Assembly (NCBI GenBank): GCA_036172245.1
Contig: JAYWIR010000022.1
Span: 930,001-994,000 of the forward strand
Origin: Raillietiella orientalis
Lineage: Eukaryota
Length of the DNA: 64,000 bases
Reading direction: 5' to 3'
The number at the start of each line of letters is the position of its first letter. Positions within the stretch are counted from its first letter, which is position 1. The translations under genes were made by a program, and so were the position numbers. The notes under the pieces were generated by a model. The model did not search any database. It was not told where the DNA came from and saw nothing but the letters and a program-made list of their open reading frames with translations. This document shows positions 12,426 to 33,670 of this stretch, piece after piece.

Positions 12426-13651
12426 TATGTAAATTGTGATTCTTATTAATTTGATAAAAGAATCTATAGAATATAAATTGATCAGACATATTTCCTATGC
12501 AAATGGATTCACAGAATTGCACTTTTCTAATGATACAGAAGAGATGATGTCTTAAAGAGCCTAAAAGAATTTTTATGTGCAATGATATGTAACTTCTGTT
12601 GAAACTGTGTAGAGTTCTTTTCCAAAAAATGCTCATTGCATGATGAATCTGTTATACAGATATTGAGTTCATTCATAAATTAAGCCCACTGCGAACATTC
12701 GTGTTTCCAATAAAAATTCTTTTCTAGTGTTTTTCAGTCTTCAGCTCTTGAATTCAATTATTTGTAGCCTAATCTAGACCACAACTGGCTATCATTCTTA
12801 TGTGAGGAAAATTCAGCATATTCAAAAAATCTAGAGTTAATGTTACAAAAGGGTTTGCAAATTGAAATAAGATGTAGAGCAGGCACAAAACTGTGGGAGA
12901 TTTTAGTTAACAAATGCAATCTTCTTTGAAGGAGTGTGCACAGCACCAAACTGGTTCCAACTGTGACATTTGAAATCCATTGCTTCATGCACATTTGAAC
13001 TCATGAGAAGTTTCAAGTCCATCTTGGTCCCATTAAGGTTCAGTTACTTGGATAATTTTCCAGCATGTTTCACATGCTGGAAAATTATGAAACATGAGTG
13101 AGTGTTCTCATTCCAATTATTGCACATTCTCACTAGTCCTATGAAATACAAAATCTTATAAAACTATCACATTATCATAAGGAAGGTAAGGAAATTTTCC
13201 ATTTGAGAACCAGTCAAGTTTTATCAGTGCACACTAATACACATTTCTGTATGTAAGGGCTAGTGACAATTGATAAATACGTACATTATGTATTGAAAAA
13301 CAGAAAACCCCCAATATAAGGCATAATACATTGTCAGTACATAATTGTAGGATGAAAACTGGAAGGATACAATACGCAAAATACTATTTGCTAATAATAA
13401 TCATTCAGATTCCAGAAATATGGCTCAAGGACTGGTGATCACTGAAGTACTACACAAATGATCAAGCAGGCCTTCGATCAAAACTAAGACTTGAGATAAA
13501 ATTCGGAAGATAAACACATTTAAGAACTCTTAAAGCGCAGTTTGTCTTTTATTTTACATTCATATAAATCAAAATTTATACATATAAATGAATACATTCA
13601 CATCTTCCTTAAAGTCGCAAGTTTCATTTTATAAAAAATGAAGATGGAATA

Positions 13652-16600
13652 TTAGTTTTCATCATCCGGTGGTTCAAAATCTACAGTTTTAGGTTCTAAG
13701 TCTTCTCCATACTGAATTGTATTGTCAATGGTCAAAAGAATATCTTCAATATTTTCTTCATTCTTGATATTTAAAGGATAAAACTGAACAAGACTATAAT
13801 CTTCTAGCACTCTGCCTATAGCACTGCTAAGGTTGTGGTATTTTGGGTTCCAAATTGGTGTACAGCTTCCAAGAAGATAATCAACATCAGGATTCAAGAA
13901 ACTAAAAATTTATGAAAGAAAATAAATTACGTGGATTACCCCAGGTTATCCTTTACATGAATATCCTGAAAATTCTTATAGTCATATTTAGGCATTCCAG
14001 GATAGAGAAATATTTGTTAATAGAGTTATTCAATAAACTAACTGCAATGCCTAAAAGAACACAGTTCAATTTCCAGTGATGTAAGTGAAATTCTGCTAAG
14101 TTATTTCAGTGATTCGAATTTACTTTATATTTGTAAGCATTATTTGTAAAAATGCGATGACTAAACGCAAACACACATGCCAAAGTACATCAATTTATAC
14201 AGATGATACATTTGCTTTGCATCCAAGTAACAAAACTTTTTCTTTGTCAGAAAATTAGCTACGTAAATATTTTCGGCTCAACTAGAATGCCTTTTACTGC
14301 AATTTGTTGCAAACTTATCAGTGAGTGTATCTAACTCATAACCAGAAAACATTCACACCAAATTATGCAACTAATTACAAATCTGTTTGGAACAAAAAAT
14401 TGCAATAATTATGGGACGGGTTATGGACATGATGCAACAATTCTTGAGAGGTAACAGAGCAAAAACCAGATGAACATTGGTTTGAAAAAATTACCCATCT
14501 TATGTTCTAGTTAATCACCCCATCCCATAATTATTTTTTTTTAACTTAATAAAGCCTTGAACGATTCTCGTATATATACAATAAAAAAACCTTCCCTAAT
14601 GTGCAACTTTTAATTTTTAAAATTAAAACATTGCAAAAAACCTTCACTGAAAACCATCATTATGGAACAGAAACTAACTATATTCAAGCCAAAATGAAAT
14701 ATGCTCGCATCCAAAGTAAATAATACAAAACCCATGTTGTGACTCGTTTTTTTATATTAGTAAACTTCAACCACTAAGAATGAAATGATGCTCCCTTCCT
14801 CGTCTCTGCTTCATTATGCAGTTTTAAGATGACGATCAAAGTAATTTATGTGCCTGCAAACCTGATTCTACTTCTTCATTTTCCTTTCACAGTGGCATGA
14901 CGAGCAGTCTTTTTAATGTGATGCTTGAAAGGCTTTTGTCTTTTATTTGCAAGAAACACATTTAATTCATCATATTCAGCATACTGAAAATATCACTTTT
15001 TTTGATCTGGCCATAGACAGGCAAGCATACAATATTTGTTTGTAGGGTGACATCTTATATTCACAATCTTACTTAAATGGGTAATGTCATATTTATATGC
15101 ACACTTGCAAAACACTAGATTCTAATCATTTTTAGCAGTAGGCACAAAAAACTCATGAACTTTTCTCCTTTAAAAGAATTTCGATATTTTTAAGAAAAAT
15201 TCAAAATGAAGCAATAAAGCTCAAGACAGTGGAATCATCGTGGTCAGCTTTGTGAAAGTGAGAAATGATGTCTACACATGAAAAACAGAAAGAGCAAAAT
15301 ATGTGACTACCAAAACGTAACCTGCAGAATCAGTAAAAATAACAAAAAACGTGTAGAAAAATACAAGGCAATCAACTGGTGTTTTTAAAACATATTTATT
15401 ACATAACACAACTACTTTGAAAGATACCTGCTGCACTTTCATTCAGGCTTGGTAGAAATTCTGATCAAGCAAGCATGCTTTGGAACATTAAATTCAAACT
15501 ATTTTTATCTCATGCTTAGCTCAACTGAAATTGTATACTGACATCACTCCAAGTCTATGATAAATCGTGAATCAAGGAATCAAGATTAAGACTCCAAATG
15601 GATGCATTCTTTAGTTTAGCATGGTCACTTCTTTCAATCACTAAATTTTTCGATAAAAACCACCAACAGAAGAAAGAAATTATCTAGTTGAACGGAAACT
15701 GTGATGATCAATAAAAGATAAGAACATTACTAAGTAAATTTGTACATTAGAAACTTAATATCAACCTTACTCATTTTATGAAATAAAAGAAATGCATTTC
15801 TTTCTTGGTTTATATTTGCACCTTACTGGGTCTGTAAATGAAAGTATCTTATCCATTTGCCTATATTTCCCATTCCGAATTCGTTCGTTCTTTACGGAAA
15901 CTTGTGTAAAAAAAAAAGCAAGTTCACATAACCTTTAGGTATGAATGACAGTAAAAGCACAATCATCATCCTCAACTTGAGTGTTCATCTGTTGAGCACT
16001 ATGCTACTGGAAACTTTGCCACAAGCTCAGCAACTGCATTAGGTGTTTTATCAAGCTATGAGCTACATAAAGTGATACAATCACTTCCCAACTGCACTGA
16101 TTTGGGTCCCATTGACTTGGAGACATTCTAAAGACAGAATCAACAGCTTCAAATCTTTCAACAGATCTTGGTTTTGCCACCTTGCCGATTTGTGCACTCT
16201 ACACTCAAACATTTTGTGGTTATACAAAACAGAAGCATGGTTTGAAAATTTTTTTTGATCTGACTAAGATATTCACTTTCTAACTTAGGCACTGTATTTT
16301 TTTTTCATGAAGTTAAATTACATTAAATAATCATTTTCTTCATCCACATCCGGTAGTTTGAAAACTGCACCAATTCATCTACTGACTCATCACTATCATT
16401 GACTTGCAAGAGATCCAACATTAAGTAATAATATACCCTATTTCAATAGCTACCTCGCCAAAGAAACTAACATTTCATAGGCCTGTTTGTGTCCAAATGG
16501 TAATTTTTTCTTGTTTTTTCCTGTAATATTGTACAGAAATTCCTGATCCATTTTCGTTCCCCATCCACTACCAAAAGAATACCTTTTGCACTCCAAGCAT

Positions 16601-19600
16601 AAAAATAAGCATATAAATGTCCCTGCAGCGGAACCAGTGGAGTGCAAAGGACTAGACTGATTTGATTGTTTTTTTCTGGGACGAATTAATCTTCAATCCT
16701 CTTCATCTGTAGTAAATGTAACAGAAAAAGAAATAATTTTCCCTACTTTACTGATGCATTTTTCTTGAATGAACCCAACATATACATGTAAAACAATGTG
16801 AGAATTCCATTATATTCTTTTATGAACAAATGAAAAATCAAGTTTTTAAAAACTGTATCTTGATTTATTGTGAAACGGAATTCTTTTTCTTCCTTTTTTG
16901 AAGCACTGATATCTTAATGTTATTGAAAATTAGGAAACTGGAATTTCGAGCGTTATTCCAAAAATTAGGAGTCAAAATTAAAAACGCACAATTGATCAAG
17001 GGAAAAACAAATCAAACAATCTATCTCACAACAAACATAAATTCACACATTTTAGAATGGGTAGCACAGAAAACAAACAAGAAAATAAGTACCACACCTT
17101 CAAATATGAAACTGTTTGAAAAGAAAGTTCAAAGAGTTCTGGAACAAATAAGGAAGTGTGTTGAATGCATGCACATATTATTTGATAAAGGAGCAACACA
17201 ATACTTTGTCAGCAAAATAAAAAAGAATAATGCAAGTAGCTAAAATAGAATAGGGATGAGAAAACAATGAGCACTACATCTATTAATTAATATAATAGAT
17301 ACATCAGAAATAAGTACATGGGAAACATACCAATCAAGATTCTTTCTTGCCTTCCTACTTAAGAGATCCATTTTGCTGAGAATACTTATATGTGGAATCT
17401 CGAGGTGGACCATCACAGATAGAGCTGCCATGGTACCTGAAATGAACTTAGGACCATCTGACAAGAACTGGGCATCCATAACAAAAACGTTGCAAAGTCG
17501 AAAGTTCCAATTTTGTAGGTAGTAAAGAAGTTGTTTCATGATAGGCAAATGGGTAAATAGTTCAATCTGGCCAGGGCAATCAAACAGGAAGTAATCATCT
17601 TCACCTTCACCTAACTGCTCTTCAAGCCATTCTATATGCTCAATTAGATATCTGAAAGATGTAAAATTTTTTACAGTTTGATTTCTTTAAAACAACATTA
17701 CAACTATCATCAAAAATTAACATCCAAATATTTCATTTATATGTCAAATGTGTATGTTATGCTATAGGCATATGCATATAAATACCTACATATATGTATC
17801 CTGTCTACAAAGTTAATAATGCTAGCTAATATATTGCTGCAATACACAATGACAATCATCACCTAGGAGTTGAAAATCAGACTCCATTTACTTGAAAATC
17901 TAAACTATTTTTGAATCCCATAATTTGACTGATTACTTATTATTCGTTCTCCATCTCTAAACAATACCGGAGAGTACGAGGTTTAAATTCCGAAAAATCT
18001 AAAATGGCGAATGGTAGATATTTATTAAGTACTAAAAGTGCTATTCATTCATGCATTTAATTTTGCAACTTAAAAAGCAAATAAGCTTTAGAATAAAATA
18101 GACAATCCCATCTTTCCAATCAGTTATGGAAAAACCAACTTCTGTTTCTGGGTTCTACAAATTTTGCAATCAGAGAAATAATTAAATTCTGGACTAAAGT
18201 TCGGAATCGCGTACTCCAGAAAACAACGAATTATACTACAACAATTATTCATGCAACATTTCCTTTTGTGCTTTTTGCTTTGTAAAACCTTAAAACTGAT
18301 GCTCTGGAAATTATTTGCATAACCTATAACTAGCTAAATTTGATAAAGCTCTTTAAAGATTAGAATCCTGAGACTTAAGACAGTAAAACAATATTTACAT
18401 CATAATACGGTTCAAAACTGGATTCTAAATGCATTGTGCCTCTTCCTTTTAAATCAAGATTAATGTGCTTATCATCTTCTTGCTGAACTGCACCTAGGTT
18501 TAATAAATCCAAGTTCAATACTATGTACATCGTACAACAAACCAGTGAGAAAATCAAAGAATCAGAGAAAGAAATCGGAGAATTCTAAATTTTTAGAATT
18601 GGATAAATAAATAGCTAATTATTCAGGATTTGTTTTTTTGCAAAATGAAAATTGAGTTTTGACTTAAAACACCAAAGCATTCACTTAAGTGAATGGTAGA
18701 TCAGAAGTCATAAATGCTTGTGCAATAAGTGTTAATGAATACCATACCATTAGTTTCCTGTAAATTACAAGCACATTACAAATGTTTGTTACTTTATTGT
18801 TTACATTTTTATGATTTTATAACTTAGAATCAACTCCGAACGTTTTTTTTTTTTTTTTTTTTCATCTACAAGTTCACATATTCTCTACAGATCGCATCTC
18901 ATTAGATTTTCACATCTTAATCACCACAAATACAAAACTTATACTCAAGAAAACACGAAAAACTTGACAAATATTGGAATTAATTCTTTTAAACAATTTA
19001 TTTTTCTGTCTTCTATTACCCTTGCTTCTATTGTCCTGTTTTGGATAATAATAGTTAATTGTAGCAATCCACAGTTATACTTTTTTTTATAAGATTCACT
19101 CTACTGCTTTTTATAGTTTACACAATTACTTAAATTTAAATAAAAATAGCAAACCACACCATGCTTGTGCATTGTGCAAGTGCATATTTTTTAAAAATTT
19201 ATCATGCAAAATAATTTTTGAGAAATTTCGGATATTCACAAGTAAGAATGGTCATCAACAAATGTAGCAGAATACTCTATAATTCCTTTATGTTCATTAG
19301 AAAATTTATTGTCCACAAAAATAAGTAACATTTCAAGTGTCAAGTAGAGAATGAAGAGGTTTTTAAAAATGCACAGCAAAATAGCTGTACCTTTCCCCTC
19401 ATATTTGCTGCTAAAAGCTTCTGCAAATACAAAACAGGAAACCCTGGACATATCAAGTATGAAAATCTTTTTCTTTAATTTAATTTCTTCAACTGTACAT
19501 AAAAACGCAGTAATGTGAATCACATCTACATTGAAAAGCAAGAGTATCTAAAAATAGGCAGAATAGATTGTACTTATTTGCAGATATCAGCATCAAAATT

Positions 19601-20911
19601 AATAAAATGAAATTGCTGACAAATCAGTGAGAAATCAGCTTACAATGAAAATGTGTAATATTTTCTAGTTATAAACAGGAATAAACACTCAAAAGTTACC
19701 AAAAGAATAATAACTCAGAGTGTGAAATATGTTTTGGATAAATCATCAATCTGCTAGGAAAAAGTCTGTATATGTTTCTCCAAGGTAAAAACAACAAATA
19801 ATTTGTGAGTTGATTAAGAAACAAATTGTACCATACTCCATACAAAACACCAGGCCACCATTGGGGCCAAAATGCAGTTCCTTGTCTTCCATTGCATCAT
19901 CTAACTGGATCAACTCCCTTATATCAACATAAGGCACATAGTCAAAGTGTTCTGCTGCAGGGTCAAGATTGATAACATTGATTCTCCGTCTGGAGTTTTC
20001 TGCATGCTTTGCAATAATTGTACAATATGTAGACTAAAACAAAAAAATGTTGTACATGGATATTGTGGAGAGAAAAAAACAAACAAACAAACAAACTGCC
20101 AGAACAATATTCACATCAGTATGAAACACTGAATGTCAATCATCAAGAAAAAATGCACCACGTAAAGGCAAGAAAGTGACGATAAATAACCGAAAATGTT
20201 TCAGGTGCACAATATTTTAGAAACTTATATAGTGCTATTGTAAGAGAATAATAATAATAATTTTTGTTTACAGCTAGCCAGTTTCTTAAAATCACACATC
20301 TTTGTTTATCAAGTGTACAACTATTAAATGTGGAGAATGCCTTGAGCTCATTTTTTAAAAATAATATTTCAGAAAAGCATTTAAACAGGTGTTCTTTAAA
20401 AACAATTATCCATAATTTGTCTACGAAGACAACTAATTATTACTACTACCCATACATAATTGAGGAAAATAATAATTTCCCTCACTATAACTATGCAGAT
20501 CACTGATTACGTTTATGCGGACCATTTCGTAAATATGAATGGTGAATTTAGTGAAAGATACTTCCAATCACTAAAAAAATACACACAATAAACTGAATCA
20601 CGAAACGTTGCAAGTACGCATTACAAAAAAAAAAAAGAAGAAGAGCAAGGCACTCTTTGTATATTTACATAAGACATATCTAAAATCACACAGCATGTGG
20701 AGAAAACACTTTAAAATGTGAAATACTTGACATTCACTTTTTCCAATAACTTTTACCCTGGAAACACGTTCCTATTCAAAAACGACAGCAACCAGGCAAA
20801 AAGCACTGGGCATATTTCATTTAATACAAAAACTGAGAAAGTTCGCAAGATATTATCATTAATCACCTTTCCACTTCCAGCAGGACCCATTACAAGTTGA
20901 GCGTACCTCAT
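13652..20911 (-). CDS. GPN3: GPN-loop GTPase 3; complement(join(13652..13901,17331..17651,19837..20033,20867..20911)), 270 aa
   Basis: [19 protein letters not shown] (P-loop), [19 protein letters not shown] (GPN loop), [37 protein letters not shown] introns in consistent phase. Confidence 0.97.
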
Positions 20912-22101
20912 TTTCTGTTTGTTTTTAAAATACTACAAATAAAGACTTCTCCACCAAACTGTTCAAACTTACGAGCAGGGCATCCATATTAGAAATCAAA
21001 TTTGAAGCCAAAGGACACTACAAAATATTTGACAGTGATATTTCTAATTTCATCAATCCTATTCAGTCCATTACCTTTAGAATTCATTATATTAAGGCTA
21101 CATTTATTAATTATCCACTTTTTTAATTTTCGAAGTGCATATTTCCCAGACTCTAAGCATACTCAGAAATCTTTTCCTTCAGATCTTCAATTTTCTTTCA
21201 GCTTTCAGATTTCTTTCCGACAGATTTTTACAACCACTGTATGATAAAATTTTACTTCTGTTATAAGTGATATGTTATAAAGGATGATTGTTATGATTAA
21301 CAATATAGAAATTATAATGATTTTTCATAACAAAGAACCAAAAGTAGGATTTGAATTATCGCGCAATTGCTTTAACTAGGAAAGAAATCAAAATAAATCC
21401 CTGACATGAAAAAAATACATATTGAAATCGAATCTTCCCTTTGTGCGCCTTTGAATTTCTTGTGAAAAAATATTTAAAAATTTAGATCAGAATAATGCCT
21501 CGAATAGGACAAGAATTATGCTTAATTTATATAATTAATTAATTCACATCCTTATATTCGATACTCAGAAGCTAAAACAAAAAAATCCAAATTCACATTA
21601 CTGAGAACTGTCCATAGAATACCTATTGTATTAGTAATTATATGTAAAACTGTATAGAATAAGGCAGAAGTAACTCTGCAAAAACTCTGAGGAAGCAAAA
21701 TTAAGCCCTGTGAAAACCAACCTAAAATACCAATCGTCAGAGAAGATGCCTCGGAATTCTATTTTTTTTTTCAAGATTTCTACTGTCTTCTATGTATTAA
21801 AACTTTATGTTTACTCTGCTTTCGATTAGACTCTCAAAATTTTTAATCTGTAATTTTCCAATCAGCTCTTACGATAACCTTGGAAAAAGTCTTACTATCG
21901 GTTCCGAACAGAAAATTTATTCAAGCCTTTGTATAGGAAAAATGAAATATGGTTCATTCGAACACACACACATACACAAAAGCCCCGAGCAGTCAGTGCT
22001 TTCAGTATGAGGTCTCCTTTAAATGTATGATCCACATTATTTCTGCACCTCCTGAGTACTGCATTTCGAAATTCATTTTCAAACTTTTAGGTTCTAAGAG
22101 T

Positions 22102-22164
22102 AATAAAAGAAGCTTCATCTTAATCTGCTAAGTCTTAGGAGATTGAGATGAAGCTTCTTTTATT
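22102..22164. repeat. 63-nt near-perfect palindrome (31-bp arms, 2 mismatches)
   Basis: aataaaagaagcttcatcttaatctgctaag-t-cttaggagattgagatgaagcttcttttatt read directly. Confidence 0.9.
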
Positions 22165-24333
22165 CTTGTGCAACTTTCTTCCCCTCTAATGTTAGATCGA
22201 ACTAAAAAGTAAATGCAAAGGAAAAGTGATAAGAAAATGATTTCAAGAAATTTGGAGTGCTACTGCTAGCTCAGCAGTTTTACAAAGCTAGAAAAAACAC
22301 AAAAAAAATGTTCAGAAAGTATTTCATTAAAGCGACGGTAATTTTAACACTGAGTCACATTTATGATGCACAAACTTTGATTAGTAAAACTGAAACTGAA
22401 ATTAAACTCCTTTGGTACATTACTTCCTTTGACAGTAATCCGAGTGAAAAACATTTTGAGGAAATGTTTGATGAAAGTGCTTGATTGTGTGAATCTATGA
22501 ACGTTCTGCATGAGTAGTGATTGAATGCATTCGGAAAAATGCAGCATCAGATATTGATGTCTCTGAGTTTTACAAGTTCATTAAAAGAGAGTATTTGTAG
22601 GGAAAACTTTTAAAAAGTGAAGTTGTTATTTAAAGTATATAATCTAGCAGTCCTGACATAGTTCAATCTATGCCAAAAAGTTTTATCCATAACTATAAAA
22701 ATTATATGGAAAATATCTGTGGGTAGTCTCGAGGATCAAGCAAAAATGAGTAGATACAATAGTTAAGATACTCGCGTTATAATTAAGATAGTTAAGGTAC
22801 ACAAATTTTGTGTATGCATAATGGAATGAGTTCACTTGCCAAGAATTAGGAATGTGAGATTTGATTAATAGATAAAAAGTATGTGCGTTCATAAATACAT
22901 TTGAGAGGCTGCCTTTTCCTTTTATGCAGTGATACAATTCCTAGTGCTTCTAAACAGCACTTAAGACGTATCTCGACGTATTTAGATTCCAATTACATTG
23001 TACTGTTCACATCTTTAATGAGATTTTAGGCAAATTCACCCTAAGTATGTATCTTACAGGCATATCCACACAAACCAATATTTCCATGCATGAAGATCAG
23101 TGCATCGGAACGAGATTTGCTGTTCTAATCGATTTAACTGAGTTCCTACTTTTCATATAGACGACAAAATAAATCGAAATTATTCCGAAACCTAAAAATG
23201 CATACTATAGATGATGTTTCCTCCTTTTGATAACGTACATTAATAAACTGGTAACTTAATAACCACTAAGGAAACAAAAAAAAATAACGGGCTGATATCT
23301 CCGTTTTCATTTTTCAGAGTGATCCCATAAGAGCACAACAGGGACAAAAATTGAAGAATAAAGTGAACAAAAGAATTTAAACACCAAGTGTTTAAACACT
23401 CACAATCACTGAGTTTCGGTGGTCATGAGTGATTCAATTTCATTTTCAAGAACACGTAGAACGAGTCAGCATGCAAACACTGTTTGAATTTAATGAAGGA
23501 GCTATCAACAACAAAGAATGCATTCAAATCAAAAAAGAGTTCTAACCATTCAACTTAAAAATGAACAAATGAATAAAAACAATCACTGAATAAGCAACTA
23601 GAGCAAGAAGCAAAAAATCTCCAACCGAGAAACTCCATCTTTGCTTTTGGCAAGGCAACAAGAGAAAGCAAGGAAGAATGGGAGGGAGGGATAGAAAAGA
23701 CATTGCTTATACAGATGGAAAACATCGAGCATAGCACGATAGAATAAGTGTTACTTAACATTCTGAAGAGTAGGCAGCATTAGGGAAAAATCATTTCTCC
23801 GTAACTTTGGTAGGTGTTTCAAAATGAAGCTTGGAAACCTGAAATTTCCTGATTCTAGGGAATAAAACTTCTGAAGTTTCATCTACAAAAAAAGTAGAAC
23901 AAATGTTACAAATGGAGATAACAAGTGATAAAAGTAGGTAATGATGGTGCCAGAATCACCTGATACTTACAATGGTGTTTTCCCAGTACAAGCAAGGTTC
24001 AGTGTTATTCTAGATTCATTTTCAGGCAGTTTTTTTCAATCGTCTACGCTAGCTAGTTTAAACAGCAGCAGCAGCGTCAGTCTCGCTTTTGAAAACGAGA
24101 TTTTTTTAGCTGGATATAACCCTTTCATTGTCTTTTTTCAAGAAAACAACGGCATCTGGAAGGCATACAATCGTTCATGAGTTCGAGGGTTTTTTGCATG
24201 GTGGAGAACGAAGTAGATAGAGATGTCAAAAGCTTGCTTCTATCCGATGCCTGCCATAGCAGGCAATGATGGAACTCCTGATGGCGGTGTTCCCATTCCT
24301 CCAAGTGGAAACCAAAGAAACTGTCCTTACACA

Positions 24334-24353
24334 CCCCCCCCCCCCCCCCCCCC
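24334..24353. repeat. C20 homopolymer (G20 on minus strand)
   Basis: Seen directly. Confidence 0.9.
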
Positions 24354-24924
24354 AACAGAATAATGATGGCAAGATATTAATTAGACTATGAAGCTGTTCC
24401 AAAATCAGAGAAGATTTGAGCATGCTGATCACTTTTCATGTCTTGGATAATTTGCTTTGACCTGGCTGATTCAGTGACTCGGAATGACAAAATCGGAGAT
24501 TTCGAAGGCAGTACTTCATTCAGTGCTTGAAGAGCGAAAAATTACTTCCATGCTTTTCAAAAGCCTGAACAATTCGTATATCAATTTTTTACGCATAAGG
24601 CCTGAAATAAAATTCGTATTTATGACTCGAACTAATGAGGTCCTGTGAGTCAAGTGTTACGAAAATACTTTTGATCCACTTGCTGCTATTTTGCTTTCAA
24701 TTAATTTCGGTTTTCACGAAAAGGGTTTTTAGAAGGGAGAAAGGCCGAGTTTCATTTTTCGTCCCCCTCCCCCCCCCGTGAATGATGGAAAAAGTATTAA
24801 ATATTCTGTATTTTTGGTTGGATTAGTAGCGACGAAAAAGTTAGCACGCCACGGTGATAGCAGGATTGTGCGTATGCGTTCTTAAAAGTCGTATTCCGTG
24901 AAGAGCTGAATGTACATTGGGGGA

Positions 24925-25154
24925 TCCGAGAAGAAAAGGTGTAAAGAAAGGATTTCCGCCCATTTATCGGAAGAAGGACCCCGAGGGGGTCCGCTCCCCG
25001 AATTCCGGCCCACTCGTCGGGTGCACACCTGTTTTCAAGGGTTGACAGTGCCTCCTCGCCCGAACAGAGGCCAACCGGAGTCATCTTACCGAGGATTAGA
25101 ACCCGCGACGCTTTGTGCCACGCGCGGAGACCGTAACCACATGGCCTCCGACGC
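24925..25154 (-). mobile_element. tRNA-derived SINE-like element (tRNA-like head with Pol III A/B boxes, GC-rich body, pyrimidine-rich tail)
   Basis: Minus strand GCGTCGGAGGCCATGTGGTTACGG...CGCGTGGC...CGCGGGTTCTAATCCTCGG has an A-box-like AGGCCATGTGG and a B-box GGTTCTAATCC at tRNA spacing. Acceptor and anticodon stems do not pair, so it is not a functional tRNA. Downstream hairpin GGACCCC-CTC-GGGGTCC and tail TCCTTTCTTTACACCTTTTCTT. Confidence 0.55.
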
Positions 25155-25245
25155 GGGCATTATGTAATCACGTATAAGCCCGAGACCCGTGTTCTCCAAG
25201 TTCATTATTCATTGTGCTTGTTATTGGTACTTATCAGTGGGAAAA

Positions 25246-31546
<6,301 letters not shown>

Positions 31547-33670
31547 AAAAGTGACAATGTTTAAAATTTTACATAGGTCTGCCTTTGGAACATAACTTTT
31601 ACACATGAAATAATCTTGTAGAGTTCACAAGGAGAGGTGTTTTTAAATAGCATATGTCAGAGTTAAAATACCAACTTTTGAAATCATGTCAGTCTAAAAT
31701 CAAATTTGTTTGCACTTTCAGTCATGTTTGTTTGACACCAGTGTAACTGTTTAAAAACTCTTCTTAGTTCTTTTGGAACAAGTGTGGTCTTTACTCACAG
31801 CTCCCTCCTTGCTTGAATATACTGAACATACTGATTTTTGCTCATATATTTCTTTATATCTGGAATCCCCAGTAAATATCGAGTTGTCCTACTTTATTTG
31901 TGTCAGGTATTTTTTAAAGGCTTTTCCTAAATCTGGACTTACACTTGGTGGAAATGATAGCATGAATGATGCTCATATTAGATTTTGATGCTGATGTGCT
32001 AAATCTGCAGTTTGTGCTGCACCATATTTTGTCCTACTTGATTCAACAATAAACAAGAACAATTTGATATTTCACATTGCAGTTTTCATATTTGTTACTA
32101 ACTACTCAGTAAATATGGGAACAAATTAAAATTAAAATTACGTCGATTTTTGAATGGTGTTATTGTGTTCAAATTCATTTGTGATTGGCCTTGATGCTTG
32201 CTTTTCTTCAGCTGTTTATAAATACCAGTGGTGATTTCTTTTTATGAGCATCAATTTGATCATCAGTCATCATTACAGTTCAAAGAATCGATTATTTCTT
32301 TATAAACGATCGCTCGTTTGATCAAACTGCTTTATTGAAAATACACAACAGCGTGATATATTGTGATAACTCTTTCCTTAATTTGGCAATTCTGTGAAAA
32401 CCTTTCCTCAATATCGTATGGGTTTTATTGATGCTAAGTTTAACATTAACTTGCAAAATGATGAACTTGTGAATGTACACTTTCTGCTCACATAAGTAAA
32501 ATTTCCAAGTTTTGCGGTAAAAGTTATTTCTTACTCGGGTTCGGAAAGTGCTAATTTAACAAGTTTATTCTTAAGGCTTTCATACACTCATAATGAGGGA
32601 CTGACTATTATGGAAAATCAATCTATACTACCATCATTGCAACTTTATTTTGGTACATAAGATATTAAACACTATTTTTATGTTTATATCACAGTACCTA
32701 CGCGCTCCAAAGCTTACATTTCTGCTATGAAAATTCTTACTCACAAGCAAATATTGAGAATGCACAAATCATGTTGCAAGGTGCCTTAATTTACACTTTC
32801 CATGTACAATGGAACAATTTGAACTCGGAATACATTCTTTTGACATGCAATGTAGAGATGGTTTGATTCATACCCGGTTACGCCGGGACGTTTATTCCTT
32901 TCAAAATAAACATACATTAGCAATGGGGCAATTTGCGTATGGATACTAATGTGAGACATTAAAAGGAATACCAAATGTGTAATCGATGGAAGATCATGTT
33001 ATCATTTTCTAAAATGGTTAAAAAATACGCATCGGTTCCAACGATAAAGTCTGTATTATGAGAATGCAAAATCACCATATGCTTTCTCATGCTTAGTTCT
33101 CTGTTCTATCATATGAACACTGAGTTGAACTATCAGAGAACTCCTTACTAATTCTATTTCAAAGCAAATACTGCTAATATTAATTTCAGCAGATGCAAAC
33201 CTATTTTCTGCTAAAAAAGAAGCAGTGAATCAAGGTCGAGGAAAAGTTCATCCTTTTTAGTCTACAAATGAAAAAAATAGAGGGGCACTTAAGTATTCTA
33301 AAAAAAAAAAAAATGTTCACCTCCCCCCAAACTCAATCACGAATAGGTGACAGATTTCACTTTTGACTTGCATATATGAACACAGCTGCTCAAAGCAGAT
33401 AGTATACAAGATTTGAAAATCAAGTCTAACTAAAATCTTTTAACAGTGCATGCTTTGAAAATGAACAACTATGGCATTTTTACGTTATATAAGAGCAGAG
33501 ATTCATTCTTTTGTGTGTTCTGTTGTGCATTCTTTTCTGTGTTTATGAAGTTGCAAACAAACAAAGATCGTGAAACAATTGTAATGATATAATCATTCAT
33601 ATCAGCCGATAAAATACGAAAGTACAGACTATAATATATGTCCTCTGTATCTAAGCTGCGTCACTGTCTT

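Noticed and set aside
15950..16700. Possible decayed transposase in GPN3 intron 3
   Set aside because: Only isolated Cys-containing peptides and no diagnostic motif.
17968..18218. Possible MITE (GGAG..TACG...ATTCCGAA termini) in GPN3 intron 2
   Set aside because: Termini are too degenerate and there is no TSD.
25081..25154. Functional tRNA-His(GTG) gene
   Set aside because: A/B boxes and a central GTG are present, but the acceptor and anticodon stems do not pair; treated as a SINE head.
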